Shown piece after piece: positions 35,893-45,509 of a DNA stretch of 64,000 bases (position 1 is the first letter of the stretch; each line of letters starts with the position of its first letter). The notes beneath the pieces are model-generated. The model made no database searches. It saw only the letters and a list, made by a program, of their open reading frames with translations, and was not told the origin of the DNA. The position numbers and the translations under genes are program-made. The DNA lies in the IMG/VR virus record IMGVR_UViG_3300022187_000017, positions 41,778-105,777 of that record. One strand, written 5' to 3'. Origin of the DNA: a virus.

Positions 35893-36426
35893 TTATTTAT
35901 TGTCTAATTTAGTTGATAAATCTGGTATGTTTAAGAACATATACCATGCTCCCTTTGGACTCTTCCATAATGCCCATCCCATTTCCTTCAAAGTATCCTT
36001 ATCCTCTCTCCATACTTCCCAGAAGGTAGGTGTAGCCTTTGCACTCCATACATCCACTGTGCATTCTAGTCTCCTATCCCATTTTCTCTTATGCTTCATC
36101 TTGGCACCAAATGCTGTAGTAGATGGCTTAGAGTAATTCTTCAAGTTAAATGAAAAGTCCTCCTCAGTTACATCAGCTCCTAATTCCAATGCTTTCTCTA
36201 ATGCTTCTTTAGGATCCTTAGATAGATTCTGGATGAATTTCTGATGTGTATGAAGATACAAATGACCTCCAATTGAGTTAATTACCTCACTTCTCTCCAT
36301 CTTCTTGATAGATCCATCTGCATTTCTAGGTCTTAGATCTACATCTATAGTTCTCCATAGTGTATAAAATTCTGACTTATCCCCTGTTGAGATGTCCCAT
36401 TCTACTTTTGTTGTTTTGTGTTCCAT
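35893..36426 (-). CDS. Early protein with an EFYTLW domain (paralogous to 32225-32959)
   Basis: EFYTLW...FIQNLSKDPKEA. Confidence 0.6.
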   Translation of the reverse strand: MEHKTTKVEWDISTGDKSEFYTLWRTIDVDLRPRNADGSIKKMERSEVINSIGGHLYLHTHQKFIQNLSKDPKEALEKALELGADVTEEDFSFNLKNYSKPSTTAFGAKMKHKRKWDRRLECTVDVWSAKATPTFWEVWREDKDTLKEMGWALWKSPKGAWYMFLNIPDLSTKLDNK

Positions 36427-36437
36427 GATGTGATGTT

Positions 36438-36671
36438 TTATTTTATTGTTATTGAAATTTCTCTCTGACTATTGATTGCAGATCCAAATAATGTATCCCA
36501 TTTGAAGTTATGGTTTTGCTCATTCATGTAAATGTTGATTTCATTTTTGAATTGCTTTAGCTCTGCTATAGGTACATACATACGAAATGTTTTCTTTGCA
36601 CCCCATGCCACCAAAGTTGGTAGGCCTTTCTCTATTGATTTTTTAAACTCTATTGCACTTGAATTTACCAT
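36438..36671 (-). CDS. Hypothetical early protein
   Basis: First gene after the promoter at 36701. Confidence 0.55.
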   Translation of the reverse strand: MVNSSAIEFKKSIEKGLPTLVAWGAKKTFRMYVPIAELKQFKNEINIYMNEQNHNFKWDTLFGSAINSQREISITIK

Positions 36672-36700
36672 TGTGATGTTTTAATTAGATGTTTATAGGA

Positions 36701-36732
36701 GCAAATATAGTTACTATATATTTACTGTGCAA
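36701..36732 (-). promoter_or_regulatory. Bacteroidota-type early promoter
   Basis: Minus strand TTGCACAGTAAATATATAGTAACTATATTTGC; perfect TAnnTTTG. Confidence 0.7.
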
Positions 36733-36842
36733 CTTTTTTAGAACTTTTCTTCTCTTTTTCTTGTTTTTCTCTGTTTAAGCTACTGTAAGTAGCTATTATT
36801 AATAGTTAGCCTGTGAGAAAGAGTATGTTCTTTTATTAAGAG

Positions 36843-37730
36843 TTAAATAATCCCATAGGCATAGTCATATACTTCTTCATTCTTAGTATTAAATCTTCTT
36901 AGATCCAGAAACTCTGGAGACACATCCAGCTTATTAGGTAACTTCCTAAATGCATACCCCTGAATGAAATCATACTTCTCAAAACCAAATTTAATAAGGA
37001 ACTCATGGTATTCAATTTTGTCCCCTACTCTAACCCTCTTATTTCTCCCCACAAGCAAAAATCCTGCTGCTTCCAGCCTCTTTACTAGCTCATGGGTACC
37101 AGAAGTCGATCTGATACCTAAAAGTCTCTGTAAGCCTCTATTTGAGAGTGTAATATTTGGGTTGCAAATCTTGGAAGGTTTCTCACCATCCTCAGCATTT
37201 CTAATCAATTCTATATTCTCCAGACTCCTTTCCACCATATACGCTGTATGAGTAGATGCAAGAGAGTCTAAAAACTCTCTCTTTGTTGCACCTCTGCGAT
37301 TCCTGTAGTTACGTTGGTAGACTCTATCCTTCAAAACAGTCTGACTAGCTGCCTTTCCTTGCTTAATTAAATTCCTTCTTACTTCATGAAATGCTGAGAG
37401 ATCTGTAGCTCTCATATTCTCATCCAGCTTACCTTGATCCCAATGCTTATATCTTAGCTTGAGTTTAGCAAATAAACGATCATATGAGCATAACCTATAT
37501 CCATTCCCTACCTTCTTGATCCATTCTAGGTCAATTAGGGCAGAGATCTTTCTATAGATGGATGCTTCAGATAGGCCTATCCATTTAGTCTGCTCCAGAA
37601 GAGCATTCTTATGAATAAACCCAGTAGAATTGATAGACTTCAATTGATAGTAAAAGTCAACACTATGCCTTATCTTAGGACATTGTATTGACTGATATAA
37701 ACCAATTGGAATTTTTATTTTCTCTCTCAA
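36843..37730 (-). CDS. Tandem winged-HTH DNA-binding protein
   Basis: WIGLSEASIYRKISALIDLEWIKK and LSNRGLQRLLGIRSTSGTHELVKRLEAAGFL. Confidence 0.5.
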   Translation of the reverse strand: MREKIKIPIGLYQSIQCPKIRHSVDFYYQLKSINSTGFIHKNALLEQTKWIGLSEASIYRKISALIDLEWIKKVGNGYRLCSYDRLFAKLKLRYKHWDQGKLDENMRATDLSAFHEVRRNLIKQGKAASQTVLKDRVYQRNYRNRRGATKREFLDSLASTHTAYMVERSLENIELIRNAEDGEKPSKICNPNITLSNRGLQRLLGIRSTSGTHELVKRLEAAGFLLVGRNKRVRVGDKIEYHEFLIKFGFEKYDFIQGYAFRKLPNKLDVSPEFLDLRRFNTKNEEVYDYAYGII

Positions 37731-37745
37731 CTCTCTTCTCTCTGT

Positions 37746-38069
37746 TTAGTGCTTCATGAACTGTACAAAATTAGTATATTTGTTATATCTATAAATTCTC
37801 CTAATAGCTGCATCTAAAAATGTCTGAAATTGCTCCTGCATCTTCCCAGTTACTAAGTAGTTTTTATGATCAATTATGAATGTTGTTACATCCTTAGCTC
37901 CTATATCATGTTGATCAGTAGAATCCATTGCATTAGCGAATGAATACTCTCCATCTATTACCAATATTCTTCCACCTATTACGATCACACTATGACTCCA
38001 ATCTACTATAGCATAAATTGATTCTAGTATATCCTGTGGAATACTGTCTGCTGTTAACTTTATCTCCAT
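37746..38069 (-). CDS. Hypothetical protein
   Basis: ORF track. Confidence 0.5.
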   Translation of the reverse strand: MEIKLTADSIPQDILESIYAIVDWSHSVIVIGGRILVIDGEYSFANAMDSTDQHDIGAKDVTTFIIDHKNYLVTGKMQEQFQTFLDAAIRRIYRYNKYTNFVQFMKH

Positions 38070-38072
38070 ATC

Positions 38073-38597
38073 TTAAAATTTTCTTCTTCCATACTCTGCT
38101 AATAATAATGCATCCACTGCACCATCATGTATCTTCATAGCCTTCTCTGTTTTCCTATTTGGATCCCTTAGATCTACATCAGGAAATAACCTCTTAGCAG
38201 CTATTAAACTCATTGCTTTAGTATCAGTCTTTTTTCTACCAGATGCTGTCTTAGTTGGCTTATATTGCATAGGTACTCCCTGCCACATCTCCTTCTGCCA
38301 TGTCTTGGAATGCACCAGTGTATATGGTATGTCAAAACATGATGCCATCACCTCCAGAATTGTTTTACCTCTGGAGAGACTCCAATTCCCAGCCTTCATT
38401 GCTCCCTGTAGAGCTTTAACATCCTCAATAATTATATGATGATTAAACCTCATTCTCATGAAGATCTTTTTAAACTCCTGCAGATCATATTCCTTCCCTA
38501 TTATAGGGAATCCTAATATCTTTATATTACCATCAGGATACATTATTGTCATGGCTCCTAACTTACCCGGATCCATTCCTACATATACTTTATTCAT
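38073..38597 (-). CDS. RuvC-like Holliday junction resolvase
   Basis: VGMDPGKLG, IIIEDV, WQK, HDGAVDALLLAEYG. Confidence 0.85.
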   Translation of the reverse strand: MNKVYVGMDPGKLGAMTIMYPDGNIKILGFPIIGKEYDLQEFKKIFMRMRFNHHIIIEDVKALQGAMKAGNWSLSRGKTILEVMASCFDIPYTLVHSKTWQKEMWQGVPMQYKPTKTASGRKKTDTKAMSLIAAKRLFPDVDLRDPNRKTEKAMKIHDGAVDALLLAEYGRRKF

Positions 38598-38606
38598 ACT
38601 TTCCTT

Positions 38607-38900
38607 TTAAACTCCCAATTCTAGATCATCTTCATCTAGATCTAAAAGATCTATATCTTTTTTCTCCTCCTTCACCTCATAGAATTTCTTGTGAGTATTC
38701 TTAAATCGATCTATAGACTCTGAAATACCTACCCAGTTCCATAATGACTTCAGAGAATTCATCTCTACAATCTCTCCTGCAGCTCTTCCACCTAATGTAG
38801 ACACATCTGTTATGTGTATGCATTCTGATTCAGGATTCTCCTTCTGGTATTGAAGGAAGTCCATATAATCACTGGCTATGTATACTACAGGCTTTCCCAT
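38607..38900 (-). CDS. Hypothetical protein
   Basis: ORF track. Confidence 0.5.
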   Translation of the reverse strand: MGKPVVYIASDYMDFLQYQKENPESECIHITDVSTLGGRAAGEIVEMNSLKSLWNWVGISESIDRFKNTHKKFYEVKEEKKDIDLLDLDEDDLELGV

Positions 38901-40774
38901 ACTGATACTCCTTTATCTTCTTTTGTTACTCTTACAACCTTATCATGGTTCCCATTGTATACTGAATGGGTAATGATATAAATACACTTCCCTAGGTCAT
39001 CTAATGACTTGAGAATGTTTGTTATTCCTTCCTCATCAATACTCTCTACAATCTCATCTAAGAATAGGAGATTTAACCCTCCAGCTGTAGACTTTGAATT
39101 GATCTGAGACTGTAGTGCTAAGATCCCTGCAATATCTATCCTCCCTCTTTCTCCTTGAGAGAATGGCCCTATTGATCCAATCTCTACACCATTACGATTA
39201 ACTATAGTTGAGATCTTCTCACTGATGCTACCACTTTTAGTTTCCTTATATCCTGAAATAGTTACAGATATTGAAGATTTCATGGCATCTAGGTACTTAT
39301 TTGTGTAGAATTCTATCACACCTACAGTCTTATTGACTAATTGTGTCTTAAATCTATTAAAATGAGTTAGCATGTCATCATTTTTAGTGATATCCTTCTC
39401 AATTGCCTCTATATGTTTATCTATCTCAATGATATTAGCCTCATGCCGCTTGATGACCTTCTGGATCTCTGCTGTTTTGTTGGTTATCTTAGTTTCTTCA
39501 AGATCCTTTATGGATTGAATAGATATCTTTATAGTCTCCTTACTTGTTTTTATGGACTGATCTGCTGCAGGAATTGTTCTCTGGAATCTACTCAATTCAC
39601 TCTCCAGAGTATTTAGATCCTGATTCAAAGTCCTCTTTAGATTAGTTAGAGTAGTCTCCTTCTCATTCAATACTTTAATGTCCTCCTGATCTTCAGCTAA
39701 ATATATATTCTGCTCTTCCAGTGCCTCCTTCAGCATTGGTATTGCATTCTTTACCTTTGTTAGATCCTTAGATGGATCTGATGCATTGAATTCATGCTTA
39801 CATTCTGGACATTCAACCTTACCAATTAGAAGTCTATCTGCCTGAGCTGTCTTATCCTTGATCTGCTTGATCATCTCATTTACCTCATTGATACTCTCTG
39901 TGATCTCCAGCTTAGAGCTACCTACTTGATCAATCAATCCCTGACCTGTGGCAATTCTACTCTTTAGAGTTGTGATCTTCCACCCATACTCCTTAATCTG
40001 ACCTTCTGCCTGAACTTTACTGGCTGTCTGAGTAGTGATATTGAGCTCATGTTCAGCTATTGTAGCCTTTACTCTAGCAATAGCACTTTGTCTCTCTGCA
40101 TTCTGATCCCTATTTTTCTCCTGCTCTAATGTATTAGTGTAGGCATTAATAGATCCTTCCTCTCTAGCTCTACTCTGATCCTCTATAGCTATCAATTTAC
40201 TGAGCTCTGTACTCTTATCCTTCACCTGCTGGACTGCTGGATCTAATAGCTCTATATTTGAGAATCTCCCTATCACTTTCTTTTTGGCTGCATCACCTCC
40301 AGAAAAGAATGACTGGAACCTCATTTTGTCAATAAGGTAGTAGTTCATCAGATCTTCTTTTGGGATGTCTAGGAAGTCTAAGATGACCTGATTTGCATGA
40401 TTAGCATCAGTTACATCTACAGGCTTTGTTCCTTCTGTAATAGTTACCTCTTGAGATTTACTTGATTTTAAGTGGAATACTCTATGAATTATCAATTGGG
40501 TATTAAGCATTGTATTTGAGAGATGTAAAGTTACCTCCATAACCTCTTCTTCCCTTCTGATAAGATCTCTTGGTGTAGTGTCTGGCCTCATTGGTCTACC
40601 AGTGAATGAAAGTACTAATGCTTCCATGATCACTGACTTTCCTGAACCATTCCCATTCTGACCTTCATCAAATTGATTTACTCCATATATTAGAGTAGCT
40701 CCTGTTTGCAAGTCCACCTCAAGATCTTGATAGCTCATGAGGTTTTTAATTTTCAATTTTGTTGGTGTATACAT
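38885..40774 (-). CDS. SbcC/Rad50 (gp46-like) recombination ATPase
   Basis: Walker A NGSGKS, coiled coil with a CPEC zinc hook, FSQGE signature, LFLDE, ITH. Confidence 0.92.
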   Translation of the reverse strand: MYTPTKLKIKNLMSYQDLEVDLQTGATLIYGVNQFDEGQNGNGSGKSVIMEALVLSFTGRPMRPDTTPRDLIRREEEVMEVTLHLSNTMLNTQLIIHRVFHLKSSKSQEVTITEGTKPVDVTDANHANQVILDFLDIPKEDLMNYYLIDKMRFQSFFSGGDAAKKKVIGRFSNIELLDPAVQQVKDKSTELSKLIAIEDQSRAREEGSINAYTNTLEQEKNRDQNAERQSAIARVKATIAEHELNITTQTASKVQAEGQIKEYGWKITTLKSRIATGQGLIDQVGSSKLEITESINEVNEMIKQIKDKTAQADRLLIGKVECPECKHEFNASDPSKDLTKVKNAIPMLKEALEEQNIYLAEDQEDIKVLNEKETTLTNLKRTLNQDLNTLESELSRFQRTIPAADQSIKTSKETIKISIQSIKDLEETKITNKTAEIQKVIKRHEANIIEIDKHIEAIEKDITKNDDMLTHFNRFKTQLVNKTVGVIEFYTNKYLDAMKSSISVTISGYKETKSGSISEKISTIVNRNGVEIGSIGPFSQGERGRIDIAGILALQSQINSKSTAGGLNLLFLDEIVESIDEEGITNILKSLDDLGKCIYIITHSVYNGNHDKVVRVTKEDKGVSVWESL

Positions 40775-40792
40775 TCGATTCTCTTTTTCGGC

Positions 40793-41764
40793 CTATAAAT
40801 TTACTACTTTATTTTTAATTTCTTCTAACAATTCTGGATTATCTCTTAACAATGTCAAAACTGCATCCTGTCCCTGACCTAATTTAGTCTCATCATAACT
40901 GAACCAAGATCCTGCTCTCTTAATAATACCAGCCTCTACCCCTAATTGAAGTACCTCCCAGACAGTATCTATACCTAGTCCATAAGTGATCACAGTCTCA
41001 GACTCTAAGAATGGAGCTGACACTTTGTTCTTAACACATTTTAGAGCTACTATATTGGATAGCTTCTCACCATCTTTATCCTTCTTAGGATTCTTCTTTC
41101 TTACTTCCAGTCTCTGAGATGCAAAGAATTTCAATGCATTTCCTCCTGTAGTAGTTTCTGGATTCCCAAACATCACTCCTATCTTCATTCTCATTTGATT
41201 GATAAAGATGACAGTTGTACCTGTTTTCTGTGCAGAATTTGGGATCTTTCTCATAGCTTGACTCATTAATCTAGCATGCTTACCTACATTTGCATCACCC
41301 ATCTCTCCCTCTAACTCACTCTTTGGTACTAATGCAGCAACTGAGTCTATTACAATAATATCCACCTCTCCAGATAATGCCATTTGATTAACTGTCTCTA
41401 GAGCCTGCTCACCATTATCTGGCTGCATAAACACTAGATTGTCAACATCTACTCCAATAGTGCCTGCCCACTCTGGATCCAATGAATGCTCCATGTCTAT
41501 GAATGCTGCTACTCCTCCTGTTTTCTGAACCTCAGCAATGGTATGAAGAGTTAGTGTAGTTTTACCACTGGACTCCCATCCAAAAATCTCCACTACTCTT
41601 CCTTTTGCCCATCCACCACCTAGAACATAATCTGCCTCTAGGGATCCTGTAGGGATTCTCTCTACATTCCTATCAGCATCTCCTAGCTTTACAATAGCCT
41701 TCTCACCAATGGATTTATTCAAGTTATCCATTAATGTATTTAATCCCTTCTCTGATTTGCTCAT
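40793..41764 (-). CDS. recA: RecA recombinase (bacterial-type)
   Basis: GRVVEIFGWESSGKTT, IDMEHSLD, IDSVAALVPK, ARLMSQAMRK, FINQMR.KIGVMFGNPETTTGGNALKF. Confidence 0.97.
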   Translation of the reverse strand: MSKSEKGLNTLMDNLNKSIGEKAIVKLGDADRNVERIPTGSLEADYVLGGGWAKGRVVEIFGWESSGKTTLTLHTIAEVQKTGGVAAFIDMEHSLDPEWAGTIGVDVDNLVFMQPDNGEQALETVNQMALSGEVDIIVIDSVAALVPKSELEGEMGDANVGKHARLMSQAMRKIPNSAQKTGTTVIFINQMRMKIGVMFGNPETTTGGNALKFFASQRLEVRKKNPKKDKDGEKLSNIVALKCVKNKVSAPFLESETVITYGLGIDTVWEVLQLGVEAGIIKRAGSWFSYDETKLGQGQDAVLTLLRDNPELLEEIKNKVVNL

Positions 41765-42807
41765 AATGTTTCCTCTAGTATTTTTTTACCTTCTTTATGA
41801 AATCCCTTTCTCTCCTCATCCTTCTCACAGTATCCATCCCACTCTTCCAGAATGGATGTCTTGGTGAATGCAGCAAAGCTATCTGCTACCTCAGCATCTA
41901 CAGCTACAGTCTCAACCTTCTCTTCTTTGAAAGTAACCTTGATCCCCTTTGATTCTATTAGAGACTTAGGTACATTCTTGAATTTATCCTTAGATCCTTC
42001 AAATCTAAACCTGATCTTATCCTTCACATCTGCATAGTCCTTAACCAGTTTATTGATCTTGGCCTTGGTAGTATCATTTAGATCTACATCTACAGTCAAA
42101 AATAGGCTCTCTCCCAGACTTTCCTGCTCCATTGACTCATCAGTATAGAAGTAAGTAATACCCTTATTAGTATCCTCTCCAAAGTTGTTCTGGAGTAGAG
42201 ATCCTATATAGGTAATATTACCAAATTCCTGCTTATCATGGTAATGACCAACTAAAACTTTACCAAATTTCTTGAAGGTATCTCTAGGTAGTGTCTCACT
42301 TACCTCAGATCCATCATTATTTCTAACCCCATCAATAGATAAGTGAGTTAATAATACACTCTTCCTTGGAATTCCTATTTTATTTAATTCCTCCAAATAT
42401 GGAAGGAGTGCATCCTTCTCCCTGAAGTATGGTAGTTGGAATACTGTCCATCCTGTATCCAATGTAATCTGACCTATACCTGTCTCTAGATCCATAGCTG
42501 GATGCCATCTGTATATATCTAGGTATGAATTCTTGGATGTGTAATCGATCTTATCATGATTACCCGGGATGCACATCAGAGTAACACTCTTATTATGTGC
42601 ATAGTCCAAGATCCTAGTAAAGGCCTGCATTGTATTGAATGACTGAGTTTTCCTATCTGTAAAGATATCACCTATAACAAATAGTAGAGTAGATCCCTTC
42701 TCAACTGTCTTATCGATACTCAGCCTCATAGCAGCCTCTACCTCAGAGATATTTTTATCTGAGAGGTGAGGATCTGCTACTACTGAGAATGCTAGTTTCT
42801 TCTCCAT
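41761..42807 (-). CDS. SbcD/Mre11 (gp47-like) nuclease
   Basis: ADPH, GDIF, PGNHD, GHYH; lies next to RecA and SbcC. Confidence 0.88.
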   Translation of the reverse strand: MEKKLAFSVVADPHLSDKNISEVEAAMRLSIDKTVEKGSTLLFVIGDIFTDRKTQSFNTMQAFTRILDYAHNKSVTLMCIPGNHDKIDYTSKNSYLDIYRWHPAMDLETGIGQITLDTGWTVFQLPYFREKDALLPYLEELNKIGIPRKSVLLTHLSIDGVRNNDGSEVSETLPRDTFKKFGKVLVGHYHDKQEFGNITYIGSLLQNNFGEDTNKGITYFYTDESMEQESLGESLFLTVDVDLNDTTKAKINKLVKDYADVKDKIRFRFEGSKDKFKNVPKSLIESKGIKVTFKEEKVETVAVDAEVADSFAAFTKTSILEEWDGYCEKDEERKGFHKEGKKILEETL

Positions 42808-44204
42808 TAGAATGCATCTGATATTTTATTCTGTACTCCTCTTCTGGATCTTCTGCTTACTGCAGGAGTCTCATCTACTGGCTGCTCTGCTGCAGGAGTT
42901 TCCTGATCAGGCACTTCCTCAAATGGAGTGTAATCCTCTCCTTTAGCCTCTGCCTTTAATAGATCCTCCTCATTTCTGATGAAGGCTCTGATCATATCAT
43001 CTGTATGATCTGCTGTCACCAATATATTCAAAGAATTAGCCTGAGAATAGGCAAGTAGCTCACTTCTATCCATGAGACTCAGCTTGTCATTATCATCATC
43101 AAAGATAGCTGGATCTACCATAGGTCTTGTTACTTTCTTCTCTTCCACAATTGGAGCTGTAGTAGTTGCAGCAGCTCTTCTTCTTCTATTTGCTGCTGGA
43201 TCTTCTTCTTTAGTCTCTACACCTGCAAATGGATCTGCTGCCTCTACTTTGGCCTTCTCTGCCTTAGATCCTGCTCTTACGATCATTGGCTCATTTACAT
43301 CTGCTGGATAGTATCCAGAAATCTCCTTAACAATTGTCTGGAAGGTAGGATCTGCCATGATACCAAAATTATGCTTTGCATCAAATCTGGTTAATCCTTC
43401 AATGGCCATATTGAAGTCTAATCTTCTGTAGGATCCAACATATCTCTCAGCCAATGGACTCTGATCTTCTAACCATTGAAGATCTTCCTCTGACCATGGG
43501 ATACTAACCTCATTATCCAATGATACTGCATACTTATCATTTGGATCCTTCTTACTATCATACTCCAGAACTAATACAGCTCCTGTATCAATATCTGTAA
43601 AAGGATTAGTAACTGTCACCTTACTTCTACGATCCTGAGCTGCTGCCAGTGAATCCATTTTCTTCCCTACTGAATAAGGGAACTCAAATACTCCCTTCTC
43701 AATACTAGCAGGTGCATCTCCTGCATCATTCCATGTAATAATACCTCCATACCCAGTCCATTTGAACTCTCCAGAGATACCAGTCTTAAAATATCTGATA
43801 GGCTTCATTACTTCCTTCACCTTCTTACCAAAATCCTGCTTAGAGATATCCATCTTCTTGATCTTATCTATCTCTCTTCTCTCATAGAATGCTATATACT
43901 CATCAATTACATCCTTTGGAGTTCCTCCATGAGTTCTTGAGTTGAAAATAGGCTTTCTTTCCTTGATGACCAAATTGCCATCTCTATCCTCTTCCTCAAT
44001 TGGTAGCCTGTGGGTGTGTTTCAATTGGATGAAATTTGATTCTTCATCAATTGAAGGGAATAATCTGAAGTCATTGAATCCCTCTTGGATCTTTAACCAG
44101 TTAATTCCTCCATTTCCATGGCTCATTTTTTCTTCTGCATCTTTTATCTGGCTAGATAGAGGAGATGCTTCCACTCTTTGCGAATACTTGTCTCTTAGAC
44201 TCAT
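42807..44204 (-). CDS. Single-stranded DNA-binding protein (gp32-like)
   Basis: WLKI.EG.N.FRLFP, NPFTDIDTG, long acidic C-terminal tail ending in F; position in the recombination module. Confidence 0.6.
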   Translation of the reverse strand: MSLRDKYSQRVEASPLSSQIKDAEEKMSHGNGGINWLKIQEGFNDFRLFPSIDEESNFIQLKHTHRLPIEEEDRDGNLVIKERKPIFNSRTHGGTPKDVIDEYIAFYERREIDKIKKMDISKQDFGKKVKEVMKPIRYFKTGISGEFKWTGYGGIITWNDAGDAPASIEKGVFEFPYSVGKKMDSLAAAQDRRSKVTVTNPFTDIDTGAVLVLEYDSKKDPNDKYAVSLDNEVSIPWSEEDLQWLEDQSPLAERYVGSYRRLDFNMAIEGLTRFDAKHNFGIMADPTFQTIVKEISGYYPADVNEPMIVRAGSKAEKAKVEAADPFAGVETKEEDPAANRRRRAAATTTAPIVEEKKVTRPMVDPAIFDDDNDKLSLMDRSELLAYSQANSLNILVTADHTDDMIRAFIRNEEDLLKAEAKGEDYTPFEEVPDQETPAAEQPVDETPAVSRRSRRGVQNKISDAF

Positions 44205-44216
44205 TTTTCTCTCTTT

Positions 44217-44792
44217 TTAATTGTTACTTAATATACTTTTACGATTCTCAAACTTTATATAATATCCATTTACTTTACCTTCCATTATATTACTTTCAAA
44301 GTCTACTGGTTTAAGGCTTAAATTTTCGGATAATGCGTTTAGTTTAGTACTTTTATTCTGGACTCCCCAATAGAAGGCATCCAATACAGCATGATATTTC
44401 TTCAATCTGTACATCTTACCCTTGAGAAGTATAGATGTCTTATCAGTGAATGCTGCATTATTCACCTGATCATTTGAAGGATACTTAGTTCTATCATTTA
44501 CTTCAGTTATTAGAGTCTTTCTTAAACTCTCACTAATCTCAGCTAAATGCCTCTGGTAGTTTAGTCTGGCCATGTCATACTGATACTCAGCTTCTGCCTT
44601 CCAGATCCCTACTCTATTGATCAAAGTAGCAATAGTCAGCAACTCTCCATAAATATTGTTATAATCGATTGTAGTATACTCTTCTACATTCAATTCTATG
44701 TCAAACCCTGCAAAGGCTAACCTTACATTCTTGTCTTTAAATGGCACATCAATATGTTCATGCTCACCATCAAACCCTAAATTATATATCAT
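44217..44792 (-). CDS. UvsY-like recombination mediator
   Basis: Helical protein with a YWGVQNKSTKL motif, adjacent to the SSB. Confidence 0.45.
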   Translation of the reverse strand: MIYNLGFDGEHEHIDVPFKDKNVRLAFAGFDIELNVEEYTTIDYNNIYGELLTIATLINRVGIWKAEAEYQYDMARLNYQRHLAEISESLRKTLITEVNDRTKYPSNDQVNNAAFTDKTSILLKGKMYRLKKYHAVLDAFYWGVQNKSTKLNALSENLSLKPVDFESNIMEGKVNGYYIKFENRKSILSNN

Positions 44793-45475
44793 TAGTTATT
44801 TTTATCTCTATTTTTTCTCCTAGTAATGACTCCATAGACATATCCATCTGATACTGTATCATTATGAAGTCTAGAGTAGGCATCCATGATCATCTTTGGT
44901 TTAATCTCAGTGAATAGATCTAATCCATTCTCATCAATTAGAGTATCTATGATCTTATTGATCCTTGGTTCTTTTACCTTTGTAACACCAGAGACCTTAA
45001 CATTAGGCTTCTTTAAGAATGTACTCTTCATTCCTGAAGGAATAACATCTCTGGATTTCTCTCTCTTTGGCAAATTGGAAGGTTTTAATACCTTCACTGA
45101 ATTAGAGATGATAATATCCCTAACTTGGAAATAAACTTCCTTCCTCTTTTCTAGTGAAGGAATTGCTTTAGTCTTAACATGCTTACTCACAAATGTAGTT
45201 ACAGAAGTGTATAGTGCATTTGTAAGCATTTTCTCTGTAAGGTCTACATACTCCGATAAATGCTGAAATAGCAAAAATCTATTAGTATCCTCACTTATTT
45301 TATGTGTATATAATTGATTTGCTATTGCTATCAATCCATCCTTTGAAGTTGGATTCTGGACTCTATAACCAAAGTGGATCTCTAAATAAAGTACAATTTC
45401 TGGAATTTCCTTCTCTGATAATATTGGAGTTAGATCTTTTTTACTCATAGATTCTCTTTTTATTTCTGGAGTCAA
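44792..45475 (-). CDS. Hypothetical protein
   Basis: ORF track. The likely start is ATG 45448, after a TATATTTG element at about 45474-45481. Confidence 0.55.
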   Translation of the reverse strand: MTPEIKRESMSKKDLTPILSEKEIPEIVLYLEIHFGYRVQNPTSKDGLIAIANQLYTHKISEDTNRFLLFQHLSEYVDLTEKMLTNALYTSVTTFVSKHVKTKAIPSLEKRKEVYFQVRDIIISNSVKVLKPSNLPKREKSRDVIPSGMKSTFLKKPNVKVSGVTKVKEPRINKIIDTLIDENGLDLFTEIKPKMIMDAYSRLHNDTVSDGYVYGVITRRKNRDKNN

Positions 45476-45509
45476 ATATAGTGCTTATATCTGATTCCAC
45501 AAAATTAAT

